A DNA stretch of 63,584 nucleotides, the filler included, from Actinomycetota bacterium (lineage in GTDB: Bacteria; Actinomycetota; Acidimicrobiia; IMCC26256; VFJJ01): the NCBI GenBank assembly GCA_009886115.1. It is 3 parts of 3 records of this genome, joined end to end, with 100 filler letters (N's around TTAATTAATTAA, not from the genome) between each part and the next. Parts side by side here need not be neighbours in the genome. Positions count along the whole stretch, not along the records: positions 1 to 31,570 come from VFJJ01000099.1; 2 more parts are not named here. The stretch is one strand, 5' to 3'. Shown piece after piece: positions 9,297 through 19,184 of this stretch. The notes under the pieces were generated by a model. The model did not search any database and was not told where the DNA came from. It saw nothing but the letters and a program-made list of their open reading frames with translations. Positions within the stretch are counted from its first letter, which is position 1. Every line of letters begins with the position of its first letter. A program made the translations under genes and the position numbers.

Positions 9297-9348
9297 GCCC
9301 CGGTGAGCCCCTCGGAGCAACCCCACGGAGCGGAGGGGCACACCGGGC
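9297..9348 (+). terminator. GC-rich stem-loop directly after the stop codon
   Basis: CCCGGTG-AGCCCCTC ... GAGGGGC-A-CACCGGG. Confidence 0.45.
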
Positions 9349-9519
9349 AATCCTCGTACCGTTTCGGAACGACACCGGATTTCGGGCCCTCAGGCCCTGG
9401 GTGATCGGGGGTCCTGACGCCTAGCCTGGGAGGACCGTCGCCCGGGATCGACCGTCGGGCAGCACCACCGCCCGGCGCTTGGAATCATTGGGCTTTCTGT
9501 CAGGGGAGGTGGCTCGGCG

Positions 9520-12500
9520 ATGCGTAGGCCCGCTCGATCACCGTCCCCATCTCCGTGGCGCATCGCCGCCTTGGCTGCCGTGTGCCTGGCCGCCACCGTC
9601 GGCGCCACCTGGCAGGGAAAGGCCGCCGAAGCGGTCGAGGTGCCGCCGAGCTCACCCATCAGCGACCAGGTGATCTTCAGCGGCCTCAACATCCCCACGA
9701 ACATCGAGTTCGCGCCCGATGGTCGCATCTTCGTTCTGGAGAAGGCCGGCCGGCTCTGGACCTACGAGTCGATCACCGATACCAGCAGGACTCTGGTACT
9801 CGACATCAGCGATGAGGTCCACGACTACGTCGACCGGGGCGCCCTTGGTCTGGCGGTGCATCCCCAGTACCGCACGGTGCCGTGGGTCTACCTGAGCTAC
9901 AGCATCGACCCGGGCGGCCCGACCGACCCCGACGGGGTGGGAAGTGACAACTGCGGCAACGACCCGTCGGGCGAGGACATCGGCTGCGTGGTCTACGGCC
10001 GGCTCACCCGCTTCGAGGTCGACCCGCTCACCGGAATAGCGATCGACCCCTATTCTCCTTCTCCCCAACCCCATCGGTCCGAGCTGATCGCCCAGGACTG
10101 GTGCATGCAGTACCTGAGCCATACCGTCGGCGACCTGGCCTTCGGGCCCGACGGCTACCTCTACGCCTCGGGCGGCGAGGGAGCCGGGTACCACACGTGG
10201 GACTGGGGCCAGCTCGGAGGTGGGGCTGTCGGCTTCAACCCCTGTGGCGACGCGCCAGGGGGACGGGGTGTCCGCCTCGCACCGCCCAACAGCGAGGGTG
10301 GGGTGTTCCGCTCCCTCGACGCCATGACGCTCAGCGATCCCACCGCCCTCGGCGGGACGATCATCCGCATCGACCCCATGACCGGCCTTGCCGCCCCCGG
10401 CAATCCACTCGGTGGGCAGCCCGACCCCAACGCCCAGCGCATCATCGCCATGGGCCTGCGCAACCCGTTCCGGTTCAACTTCCACCCGAGCACCGGCGAC
10501 ATCTGGTCGAGTGACATCGGCTGGCAGACCTTCGAGGAGATCAACCGGATCCCGGTGCGAACGGGTCCAGGATCGGTGCCCGCCAACATGGGCTGGCCCT
10601 GCTACGAGGGTCCGGACTCCGCGACCATCGGCTACAACCCGCTTCCGGCCACGTTCGGGCTGCCGAGCTTCTCCCTGTGCAACACGCTCACCGGCTACCC
10701 CCAGGGCGATCAGCGCCGGGCCATCCCTTCATACTTCCAGTACAGCCGTCAGGACCCTCTCAGAGGTCCAGGTTTCGAGACCGATCCCCGGCTGTTCCCA
10801 CGGGACCCACAGGGCAACGTTCTCCCGGCGGGAAGGAACTGCGATCGCTACACGACCTCGACGAGCGGGGTCGCGTTCGCCGACCGACGGGCCTTCCCGG
10901 AGAAGTACCACGAAGCCCTGTTCTTCGCCGACTACGCCCAAGACTGCATCTGGGTCCTGCCCGTCGGCCCCGATCGCAACCCCAGCCCCGCTCGGCTCGA
11001 GTTCGTTGCCGCGCACGGAGCTGTCGAGCTCGAAACCGGTCCCGACGGAGCGATCTACTACGTCGCTTTCAATCCCGCAGACGGCAGCGAAGGCCGTATC
11101 GGGCGACTCCAGGCTGGCAGCACCGTGGCGATCGCCACTGCGAACCCGACCTCCGGGCCGGAGCCGCTCACCGTCACCTTCGATGCCGGCGGGTCGTTCG
11201 ATGCGCCGGGTCGGGGGCTGCTGTACGCGTGGGACCTCGACGGCGACACCCAGTACGACGAGGCTTCCGGCCGCACCGCCGTGTGGACGTACGAATCGCC
11301 GGGGCAGGTAACTGTCCGGCTTCGCGTCACCGACACCAACGGAGTCCAGGCGTTCACCTCGGTCATCATCTCCCCCGGCGACGGTCCACCCGCGGTCCAG
11401 CTCACGATCGGCGGTCGCCAGCCCTGGCTGGTGGGTGACACCCTCAGCTTCAACGTGACCGCCAGCGACGTGCGCGACGGCCCCATCCCAGCGTCGTCGA
11501 TCGTGGTCGACATCGGGATCCTGCACTGCGTGCAAAGCCCCACCGGTGAGACCGGCTGCCACCGTCATTTCCTGCACACCCTCACCGGCGTCACGACGGG
11601 CACGTTCGTGGCTCCGGCGCACGAATGGCCGGCCTCCATCGACGTGCAAGTGCGAGCCATCGATTCCAGCGACCTCCCCGGCACGGCCTCCGCACGCCTG
11701 GATCCGGCCGTCGGCACCATTCGCCTCGAGTCGATCCCCGCGGGTGCGGCGCTCACGGTTGAGACCGAGTCGAAGGCGGCGCCCTTCGACCACACGGCCA
11801 TCGCCGGCGGCCGGATCACCGTCGGCGCCGCACCGACCACGACCGTGAACGGGCAATCGTGGAACTTCGCCGGCTGGTCCGACGGCGGCGCAGCCAGCCA
11901 TCCGATCACCGTCAGCGCGGGCATCAACGCCACGCTCGTCGCTCGCTACCTGCCACCGGGCGGGGCATCCCCGCCGCCGCCCTCCGTGCCGCTCGCCGCG
12001 GCACGGGCCTGGGTCGTGCACGAGAACGGCAGCCTCACCGCGCTGCCCGAGGGCACCAACACCGCCGCCAGCCCGGCACCGCCCCGGCCGATCGTCTCCG
12101 GGACCAGCGGCCCCGCCGGGGAGCGGTGGACGGTCACCGGCGCCGGTGAGGTGACCGCATGGCCCGGCGCGCGGCGCTTCGGTGACCTCACGGGCACGCC
12201 GCTCAACCGACCCATCGTGGGGATGGCCGCCACCCCGAGCGGCCAGGGCTACTGGCTCGTCGCCAACGACGGCGGCATCTTCAGCTACGGCGACGCCGCG
12301 TTCTTCGGCAGCACCGGCGCCATGGTCCTCAACAGGCCCGTGGTGGGGATGGCCGCCGCGGCCGGCGGACGGGGCTACTGGCTCGTCGCGACCGACGGCG
12401 GGATCTTCGCGTTCGGCACGGCGCCCTTCCACGGCTCGACCGGGGCCCTGATCCTCAACCAGCCCATCGCCGGGATGGTTCCCACGGGCACCGGCGGCGG

Positions 12501-12612
12501 CTACTGGCTCGTCGCCAACGACGGCGGCGTGTTCAGCTTCGGCAACGCCCCGTTCCCCGGCTCGGCCGCCGGCGCGTCCACATCGAAAGTCGTCGCCTTC
12601 TTGCCCCGGTAG
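9520..12612 (+). CDS. Secreted PQQ-dependent sugar dehydrogenase (GSDH) family protein with PKD domain and C-terminal GYW-DGG repeats
   Basis: Signal peptide; DRGALGLAVHP, LAFGPDGYLY, GLRNPFR and EEIN motifs; PKD (GPEPLTVTFDAGGS...YAWDLDGD); three GYWLVAxDGGIF repeats. Confidence 0.85.
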   Translation: MRRPARSPSPSPWRIAALAAVCLAATVGATWQGKAAEAVEVPPSSPISDQVIFSGLNIPTNIEFAPDGRIFVLEKAGRLWTYESITDTSRTLVLDISDEVHDYVDRGALGLAVHPQYRTVPWVYLSYSIDPGGPTDPDGVGSDNCGNDPSGEDIGCVVYGRLTRFEVDPLTGIAIDPYSPSPQPHRSELIAQDWCMQYLSHTVGDLAFGPDGYLYASGGEGAGYHTWDWGQLGGGAVGFNPCGDAPGGRGVRLAPPNSEGGVFRSLDAMTLSDPTALGGTIIRIDPMTGLAAPGNPLGGQPDPNAQRIIAMGLRNPFRFNFHPSTGDIWSSDIGWQTFEEINRIPVRTGPGSVPANMGWPCYEGPDSATIGYNPLPATFGLPSFSLCNTLTGYPQGDQRRAIPSYFQYSRQDPLRGPGFETDPRLFPRDPQGNVLPAGRNCDRYTTSTSGVAFADRRAFPEKYHEALFFADYAQDCIWVLPVGPDRNPSPARLEFVAAHGAVELETGPDGAIYYVAFNPADGSEGRIGRLQAGSTVAIATANPTSGPEPLTVTFDAGGSFDAPGRGLLYAWDLDGDTQYDEASGRTAVWTYESPGQVTVRLRVTDTNGVQAFTSVIISPGDGPPAVQLTIGGRQPWLVGDTLSFNVTASDVRDGPIPASSIVVDIGILHCVQSPTGETGCHRHFLHTLTGVTTGTFVAPAHEWPASIDVQVRAIDSSDLPGTASARLDPAVGTIRLESIPAGAALTVETESKAAPFDHTAIAGGRITVGAAPTTTVNGQSWNFAGWSDGGAASHPITVSAGINATLVARYLPPGGASPPPPSVPLAAARAWVVHENGSLTALPEGTNTAASPAPPRPIVSGTSGPAGERWTVTGAGEVTAWPGARRFGDLTGTPLNRPIVGMAATPSGQGYWLVANDGGIFSYGDAAFFGSTGAMVLNRPVVGMAAAAGGRGYWLVATDGGIFAFGTAPFHGSTGALILNQPIAGMVPTGTGGGYWLVANDGGVFSFGNAPFPGSAAGASTSKVVAFLPR

Positions 12613-12626
12613 GTCGTGAACACCGC

Positions 12627-12674
12627 CAACTGTCAGCGTGGAGGGCCGGATACGGCCCGCGACGCTGACAGTTG
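12627..12674. repeat. REP-like palindrome (family B) truncating the cupredoxin gene
   Basis: CAACTGTCAGCGT...GGGCCG-GATA-CGGCCC...ACGCTGACAGTTG (perfect 13-bp outer arms). Confidence 0.75.
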
Positions 12675-13010
12675 AGCGGGGCCGACGACGAGCTCATGAG
12701 CGATGGGATCGCCGTTGACGACGACGAACCGCACCAGCGTCCCGGGCTCGACACGAATCACCGACCGCGAGAACGCACTGTGGTGGATGCCCATGCGGAC
12801 GGTCACCAGCCCCGGACCGAGCCCGTCGACCGTCGGCGCTGTCTGCGGCGTCGTGGGCCCGGTACGGGGGGTGGCGGTCGTCGGCGGTTCGGCGGCTGCC
12901 ACCGATGCGGCCTGAGCTTGCCGACCATCGCTCCCGTCGACGGCGTACCCGATACCCGTTGTGGCGCCCGCGAGCACCACGGCGACGCCGAGGCGGGTCA
13001 GCTTCCGCAT
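12633..13010 (-). pseudogene. Truncated cupredoxin/plastocyanin-domain secreted protein
   Basis: Signal peptide, then VRMGIHHSAFSRSVIRVEPGTLVRFVVVNGDPIAHELVVG. The C-terminal Cys/His/Met copper loop is absent, and the frame runs into the palindrome and stops. Confidence 0.7.
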
Positions 13011-13012
13011 GA

Positions 13013-14194
13013 TCACACCTCTGCTTGGCGGTGCGAGCGGCTCGAGCGGCTCGAGCGGTGCGAGCGGTGCGAGCGCAGGCTCAGCGCGACGAGCGTCGCC
13101 GCACCCACACCAGCTCCCACAGCGAACGGCCACCACGGGTTCTCGTCACCCACCGACGGCCCGATCGCCAGGGCGCCGTTCCGCGCCGGGGCGCCGCCAC
13201 CGTCACGGTCACGGTCACCGTTGGCGGGGGCCTGTCGCGGCTGGGGAGCCTGCACCGATCGGGCCCGGGGGATCTCGACGCCGGTGTCGACGATCGACGG
13301 GAAGGTCTCAGGGTCGGCGCTGACCGAGAGGTCGTAGTCCAGGTCGCCGGCTGCGACGCCGACGCGCAGGTACGTGAGCCACATGTCGTCGGGCACCCAC
13401 TCCATGCCCACGTCGGAGCGCAGGTCGTCGAGGAGATCCCGTGAGGCTTGCTCGTCACGTTCCAGGGTGAGGCCCGGTCCGCCAGCCAGGAGCTGGGGCT
13501 CGGTGTCGGTGAGCAGGAACACATCGGCGTCGACCTGCTGGTCGGCGTCGAGGCCGAGGCCGAGGATGCGCAGCGGCACCCAGGGATCGTCGGTGGGGAT
13601 CGTGAGCATGATCGGGGTGCCGTCGCCCGAGCCCTGACCCAGCGCCGCAGCCCGGCTGGCGTCGAAGCGGGCGGCCATGAAGATCGGGCTGCGCTCGGCG
13701 TAGAAGTCGAGGATCTCGGGGGCGTCGGGGGTGAGGAAGAACCCGTTCTCGGATGCCCAGCGACCCACCTCGTCGCCGCCGCCCCGGAGGATCGTGATGT
13801 CGAGCGCGTCGATCTTCGTTTCCAGGATCACCTCAGCCTCGTCCAACAGCGCGCGATCAGCGGCGGCGCTGGTCGCAGCTTCGAGAACGGGTGGTGCGAC
13901 CTCCAGCGCCAGACGCTGCAAGGTCCAGTCGCCGGCCCGTTCCACCGACGTGGGCACGTCGGGCAGGGGGATGATCGAGCCCACCTCCTGTCCTTCGCCC
14001 ACGAACTCGAAGCTCGTCACGTAGCGCTCGACACCGTCGTGGTACGCGGCGAGGGTCGACGTGCGCACGAGCTGGATGGTCCCGTTCTCACCAATCAGGC
14101 CGCCGCAGGCGTAAGCCCCGGAAGCGAACACCAGGCTGGACACGGCGGTGGCGGCACCGCCGAGGACGAGGAGACGACGAACGGTTCGCATCAT
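13013..14194 (-). CDS. DUF2330 domain-containing secreted/membrane-anchored protein
   Basis: Signal peptide ending AYA-CGGLIG; TSTLAAYHDGVERYVTSFEF; PWVPLRILGLG; C-terminal TM followed by a basic tail. Confidence 0.75.
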   Translation of the reverse strand: MMRTVRRLLVLGGAATAVSSLVFASGAYACGGLIGENGTIQLVRTSTLAAYHDGVERYVTSFEFVGEGQEVGSIIPLPDVPTSVERAGDWTLQRLALEVAPPVLEAATSAAADRALLDEAEVILETKIDALDITILRGGGDEVGRWASENGFFLTPDAPEILDFYAERSPIFMAARFDASRAAALGQGSGDGTPIMLTIPTDDPWVPLRILGLGLDADQQVDADVFLLTDTEPQLLAGGPGLTLERDEQASRDLLDDLRSDVGMEWVPDDMWLTYLRVGVAAGDLDYDLSVSADPETFPSIVDTGVEIPRARSVQAPQPRQAPANGDRDRDGGGAPARNGALAIGPSVGDENPWWPFAVGAGVGAATLVALSLRSHRSHRSSRSSRSHRQAEV

Positions 14195-14204
14195 GATGGA
14201 CCCC

Positions 14205-14249
14205 CTGGACGTGCTGGACGTGCTGGATGTGCTCGATGTGCTGGACGTG
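14205..14249. repeat. 9-bp tandem repeat (CTGGACGTG) x5 just upstream of the DUF2330 RBS
   Basis: CTGGACGTG CTGGACGTG CTGGATGTG CTCGATGTG CTGGACGTG. Confidence 0.85.
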
Positions 14250-14392
14250 TCTTTGGTGCTCTGACGTCGGCCGCGCCGGCGCGGTTCCCGGCACGGTGTC
14301 GACAACCGAGTGCGGCTCGACACGCGCTGCGTCAAGCCGTGGCAGGTAGCTTCACGCCACGACGTGGGCGAGACGATTCGGGAGGAACGGTC

Positions 14393-15187
14393 ATGGATCT
14401 CGGGATAGCCGGCAAGGTGGTGTTCTTCACCGGTGCCAGCAAGGGCATGGGCCGCGACGCCGCGCACATGCTGGCGGCCGAGGGCGCCCAGGTGGCGGTG
14501 GTGGCTCGCACCAAGACCGACATCGACGACGCGGTCGAGTCGATCCGCAGCCAGGGCGGCACGGCCATCGGCATCGCAGCCGACATCACCGTCGAGGCCG
14601 ACGTACAGCGGGCAGTGGCTGAGACCGGACGAACTCTCGGGACGCCGCTCATTGTGATCGGCCAGACCAAGCACAACATTCCCGGTGATTTCGCCGACGT
14701 CGAATCAGACAGTTACATTGAGTCGTTCCGCATTTACACGATGAGCCAGGTGTACCTCCTGCATGCGGTGCTGCCCGGCATGAAGGATGCCGGGTGGGGT
14801 CGCTACGTTCACATCGGCTCGGCCACGGCCAAGGAGCCCGAGGGCGCCATCCACCACGCGCTGGCCAACACCACCCGGCCCTCCACCGTCGGGCTCCTCA
14901 AGACCGTCGCCGACGAGTACGCCCAGTACGGCATCACGGTGAACACCGTGGCCCCGGGCTGGATCGCCACACAAAACGCGTTCGACTACCTCGAGCACAA
15001 CGTGGGCCTCACCACCGAGGACCAGCGTCGCACCTGGATGCGCGAGCACGCGCGGGTACCAGCGGCACGCATGGGCCGTCCCGACGAGATCGCATCGCTC
15101 ATCGTGTACCTGTGCTCTCACCAGGCCGGCTACATCACCGGAAACTGGATCGAGGTCGACGGCGGCCATCACCGCAGCGCTTTCTGA
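14393..15187 (+). CDS. SDR oxidoreductase (FabG-like)
   Basis: MDLGIAGKVVFFTGASKGMG; GITVNTVAPG; YITGNWIEVDGG; GGAGG RBS. Confidence 0.9.
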   Translation: MDLGIAGKVVFFTGASKGMGRDAAHMLAAEGAQVAVVARTKTDIDDAVESIRSQGGTAIGIAADITVEADVQRAVAETGRTLGTPLIVIGQTKHNIPGDFADVESDSYIESFRIYTMSQVYLLHAVLPGMKDAGWGRYVHIGSATAKEPEGAIHHALANTTRPSTVGLLKTVADEYAQYGITVNTVAPGWIATQNAFDYLEHNVGLTTEDQRRTWMREHARVPAARMGRPDEIASLIVYLCSHQAGYITGNWIEVDGGHHRSAF

Positions 15188-15268
15188 GCCCGCCGATCTC
15201 TTCTTTGTGCCCAGCGCCGCGCTGGGCGTGACCCGGGACGCAAAGAACGACGTGTGCCGCTCGTCGGC

Positions 15269-16246
15269 TCACACGAAATGGCTCTCGCACAGCCAGCGAA
15301 TCGTGTCGTTGATGCCGTCGTCGATCGTCCGCGGATGCACGTCGAGCTCCGCGCCGGTGACGGTGGCATCGAAGAACGGCTCGACTGGCGCTTTCCGGGC
15401 CATCTCGATGAGGGTGGGCCCGAACCGGGCGTGCACCTCGGGGTCGTCGAGCCGGTCGAGGGGGACGTCGTCGACGCGGTGCGTGCTCCCGCCGAGCTCA
15501 CAGGCCCGGTTCACGAACGCGCCGATGGTCATCACCGAGTCGGGGCCTCCGAGGGCCAGATAGCAGCGGCCTGTCAGCCCCCGCTCGAGGGCCGCAACCG
15601 TGGTGCGGGCGACGTCGCCGGTGTGCGACCACGGAGCCCGCATGGGTGGATAGCTCGCCGGCTCGCCCCGCAGCGCCTGCATGATCCGCTGGTTGCCGCC
15701 AGCGACATCGACCATCCGCCGCCCCATCGGCGACGGCCCGAACGTCGCACCCGGGAGCACGAAGACGATGTCCTGGCCGTCGTCCACCCGCTCCATGGCG
15801 CGCTGGTGAGCTTCGAGCTTGGTCAGTGTGTACGGGTCGGGAGCGGGGTGAGGGTCGAGCGGCGAGATCTCGGTGATGGTCTGTGCCCGGTCGAACGCCG
15901 CCGCGCTGCTGATGAGCACCAAGCGACCGAGCCCCATGTCGCGGGCCGCGTCCATGAGCGCCACGGTTGCGAGCACGTTGACAGCCCGACTCGACACCAG
16001 ATCCTGCTGCGGGCCACCGGTGATCGCGGCACTGTGGACGGCGGTCTCGGCTCCCGCCAACGCTCCACGCAACGCGTCGGGCTCGGTGATGTCGCCCCGG
16101 ACGACCGTCACCCCGAGCGCTTCGAGGGCCGAGGCGTCGGTGCCCGGCCGTACCAGCGCGACAACGTCATGGCCGGCTTCACGGAGCTGGAGCGCGATCA
16201 CCGAGCCGATCAGCCCTGTGGCCCCCGTCACGAACACTGTCGACAT
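15269..16246 (-). CDS. NAD-dependent epimerase/dehydratase (dihydroflavonol-4-reductase-like)
   Basis: VFVTGATGLIG, VRGDIT, HSAA, YTLTK (YxxxK). Confidence 0.88.
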   Translation of the reverse strand: MSTVFVTGATGLIGSVIALQLREAGHDVVALVRPGTDASALEALGVTVVRGDITEPDALRGALAGAETAVHSAAITGGPQQDLVSSRAVNVLATVALMDAARDMGLGRLVLISSAAAFDRAQTITEISPLDPHPAPDPYTLTKLEAHQRAMERVDDGQDIVFVLPGATFGPSPMGRRMVDVAGGNQRIMQALRGEPASYPPMRAPWSHTGDVARTTVAALERGLTGRCYLALGGPDSVMTIGAFVNRACELGGSTHRVDDVPLDRLDDPEVHARFGPTLIEMARKAPVEPFFDATVTGAELDVHPRTIDDGINDTIRWLCESHFV

Positions 16247-16347
16247 CGAGACCCCTTTCGTGGGCACCACATGCCCAGCTTCGCTCCGGGCGTGCTGGGC
16301 CCACTCGGCCCACTCGGCCCGCTCGGGCTGTTCGGCCGGCTCGGGCG

Positions 16348-17784
16348 TCAGCCGATGTTGCTCATGACGTGCTTGATGCGCGTGTAGTCGTCGAGGGCGT
16401 ACATCGAGAGGTCCTTGCCGTAGCCCGACTTCTTGAAACCGCCGTGGGGCATCTCGGCCACGAGCGGGATGTGGGTGTTGATCCACACGGTCCCGAAGTC
16501 GAGGGCCCGCGCCATGCGCATCGCCCGTCCGTGATTGGCCGTCCACACCGACGACGCCAGCCCGTAGTCGACGCCGTTGGCCCAGCGGATGGCCTCGTCC
16601 TCGTCGGTGAAGCGCTGCACGGTGATGACGGGGCCGAAGATCTCGTTCTGGATCATCTCGTCGTCCTGGCGCAGATCGGCGACGACCGTCGGCTGGTAGA
16701 AGAACCCCGCCCCGCCAACCGGGCCTCCGCCCGCGCGCACCGAGGCGTGCGCCGGCGCCCGTTCGACCAGTCCCGTGACCCGTGCGAGCTGTGACGGATT
16801 GTTCAGCGGGCCGAACAGCACGTCCTCGTCGTCGGGCGCCCCGGTGACCGTTCCCGCCGCCTGCTCGGCCAACGCGTCGACGAAATCGCCATACACCCCT
16901 GGGCCTGCGAGTACCCGGGTGGCGGCCGTGCAGTCCTGACCGGCGTTGAAATACCCGGCGACGGCGATCGCCTCAGCAGCGGCCGCAATGTCGGCATCAT
17001 CGAAGACGATCACCGGGGCCTTGCCGCCGAGCTCGAGATGCACCCGCTTGAGCGAGTCGGCCGCAGCGCGAGCCACCTCGATCCCGGCCCGAACCGAGCC
17101 CGTGACCGACACCATCGCGGGCGTGGGATGCACGACCATGGCCCTGCCCGTGTCGCGATCACCGCAGATCACGTTCAGCACTCCGGGGGGGAGGAACTCG
17201 GCGCAGATCTCGGCGAGCAGCACGGTCGAGGCGGGAGTGGTGTCGGACGGCTTGAGCACCACCGTGTTGCCGGCGGCGATGGCCGGGGCGAACTTCCAGA
17301 CCGCCATCATGAACGGGTAGTTCCACGGCGCGACCTGCGCGCACACGCCGACGGGCTCGCGGCGGATCATCGAGGTGTGGCCCCGCATGTACTCGCCCGC
17401 GGCCCGTCCTTCGAGCACCCGGGCGGCCGAGGCGAAGAAGCGGATCTGGTCGAGCGCGGGTGGCACCTCCTCGCTGCGGGTGAGCCCGATGGGCTTGCCC
17501 GTGTTCTCGACCTCGGTGGCGATGAGCTCCTCGGCCCGGGCCTCGATGGCGTCGGCGATGCGGAACAGCGCCAGCGACCGTTCGCTGGGCGTGGTCTCGC
17601 GCCACTCCTCGAAGGCAGCAGCGGCGGCCGACATCGCGGCGTCGACGTCGGCTTCTCCGGACAGTGCCGCCGCGGCATAGGCCGAGCCGGTGACGGGGTT
17701 CACCACCTCGCTCGTACGCCCGTCGATCGAGCCGACGTGCTCACCGTTGACGAAGTTGTTGATCGATCTCGATGTCTGCGCCAT
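16348..17784 (-). CDS. Gamma-aminobutyraldehyde dehydrogenase (ALDH family)
   Basis: [40 protein letters not shown] and [13 protein letters not shown] motifs. Confidence 0.9.
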   Translation of the reverse strand: MAQTSRSINNFVNGEHVGSIDGRTSEVVNPVTGSAYAAAALSGEADVDAAMSAAAAAFEEWRETTPSERSLALFRIADAIEARAEELIATEVENTGKPIGLTRSEEVPPALDQIRFFASAARVLEGRAAGEYMRGHTSMIRREPVGVCAQVAPWNYPFMMAVWKFAPAIAAGNTVVLKPSDTTPASTVLLAEICAEFLPPGVLNVICGDRDTGRAMVVHPTPAMVSVTGSVRAGIEVARAAADSLKRVHLELGGKAPVIVFDDADIAAAAEAIAVAGYFNAGQDCTAATRVLAGPGVYGDFVDALAEQAAGTVTGAPDDEDVLFGPLNNPSQLARVTGLVERAPAHASVRAGGGPVGGAGFFYQPTVVADLRQDDEMIQNEIFGPVITVQRFTDEDEAIRWANGVDYGLASSVWTANHGRAMRMARALDFGTVWINTHIPLVAEMPHGGFKKSGYGKDLSMYALDDYTRIKHVMSNIG

Positions 17785-17900
17785 GGCGGGTCTCCCAGTT
17801 CGGTCGGCCCGGAGAGCCTTCCACACCGAGTCGCACCGGCGCGGGCTCACCGAGTCGCTCGCCCTTGCGTCACGGGAGTACCTCGGGAAGGCTGGCCGAC

Positions 17901-19085
17901 GTGGCGAACCTGCTCCCCGATCCCGAACCCCGCACCCGGCACTACACGGTGATCTCGGTCGATGACCATCTCATCGAGCCCCGCGACCTGTTCGAGCGAC
18001 GGATGCCTGCCGCGCTCGCCGAGCGGGCGCCCACGGTGATCACCGACGACAACGGTGACGAACGTTGGGTCTACGAGGACAGGAGCTACTCGCAGATGGG
18101 GCTCAACGCCGTGGCCGGACGGGCCAAGGATGAATGGTCGATGGAGCCCGCCCGCTTCGACGACATGCGCCGGGGCTGCTGGGACGTCGAGGCCCGCATC
18201 ACCGACATGGACATCGACGGCGTGTGGGCGTCGCTGTGCTTCCCGTCGCTGATCGCCGGGTTCGCGGGCACGATGTTCTCGAAGTCGCACGATCCCGAGC
18301 TGGGCCTGGCCTGTGTCAAAGCATGGAACGACTGGCATCACGAGGAATGGGCCGGTCCGTACCCCGAACGGTTGATCCCCTTGCAGCTCACCTGGCTGGG
18401 CGATCCCCGCCTCGCTGCGGCCGAGATCTACCGCAACGCCGAGCGGGGCTTCAAGGCGGTGAGCTTCCCCGAGAATCCCGTCGACCTCGGCTTGCCCTCG
18501 GTGCACCTCGATCACTGGGACCGGTTCTTCGCGGCCTGCGAGGAGACCGAGACCGTCGTGTGCCTGCACAACGGCTCGTCGAGCTGGACGTCGATCCGCT
18601 GTCCCCGTCCACCGCTCGAGCTGATGACGACCCTGTTCTCGGTGAACGCGCTCGCCGCCGCTGCCGACTGGCTCTGGGGTGGAATCCCGACGCGCTTTCC
18701 GGCGATGAACATCGCGTTCTCAGAGGGCGGCGTGGGCTGGGTGCCGATGCTCATCGACCGCATCGACTACGTGATGACCCACTCGGCGACCGGAACCTCG
18801 GCCTGGCGCGACCCGCATCTGTCGCCCACCGACGCGCTGCGCCGCAACTTCTGGTTCTGCACGATCGACATCTCGTCGTCGATGGCGCTGCGCCACCACA
18901 TCGGCATCGACCACATCATGATCGAGTCCGACTACCCGCACGCCGACTCGACCTGGCCCGACACCCAGGCCCAGCTGGCAGCCGGGTTCGCGGGCTACCC
19001 CGACGACGAGATCCGCAAGATCACCTGGGAGAACGCCGCCCGCCTGTTCCGTCACCCGGTACCGGCCGAGCTGCAACTGCCGTAG
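17901..19085 (+). CDS. Amidohydrolase family protein (amidohydro_2)
   Basis: [21 protein letters not shown] and [10 protein letters not shown] motifs. Confidence 0.9.
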   Translation: MANLLPDPEPRTRHYTVISVDDHLIEPRDLFERRMPAALAERAPTVITDDNGDERWVYEDRSYSQMGLNAVAGRAKDEWSMEPARFDDMRRGCWDVEARITDMDIDGVWASLCFPSLIAGFAGTMFSKSHDPELGLACVKAWNDWHHEEWAGPYPERLIPLQLTWLGDPRLAAAEIYRNAERGFKAVSFPENPVDLGLPSVHLDHWDRFFAACEETETVVCLHNGSSSWTSIRCPRPPLELMTTLFSVNALAAAADWLWGGIPTRFPAMNIAFSEGGVGWVPMLIDRIDYVMTHSATGTSAWRDPHLSPTDALRRNFWFCTIDISSSMALRHHIGIDHIMIESDYPHADSTWPDTQAQLAAGFAGYPDDEIRKITWENAARLFRHPVPAELQLP

Positions 19086-19099
19086 CTCGTCGGGCCTGA

Positions 19100-19167
19100 G
19101 GACCAAGGCGAGCAGGGCCAAGGCCGGAAAGCCAAGGACGCAAGACCAAGGGACGCAAGACCAAGGG
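19100..19167. repeat. Degenerate ~15-bp tandem repeat (GACGCAAGACCAAGG), intergenic
   Basis: CCAAGG recurs about every 15 nt; two exact GACGCAAGACCAAGG copies. Confidence 0.65.
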
Positions 19168-19184
19168 GCGAAAGGCGGAGAACC

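Noticed and set aside
6743..9424. 893-aa ORF and other long Arg/Pro-rich ORFs (e.g. 22358-25294, 44904-47468, 35046-37145, 41269-43161)
   Set aside because: These are alternate-frame or antisense shadows of real genes, expected at this GC content, and contain no protein motifs.
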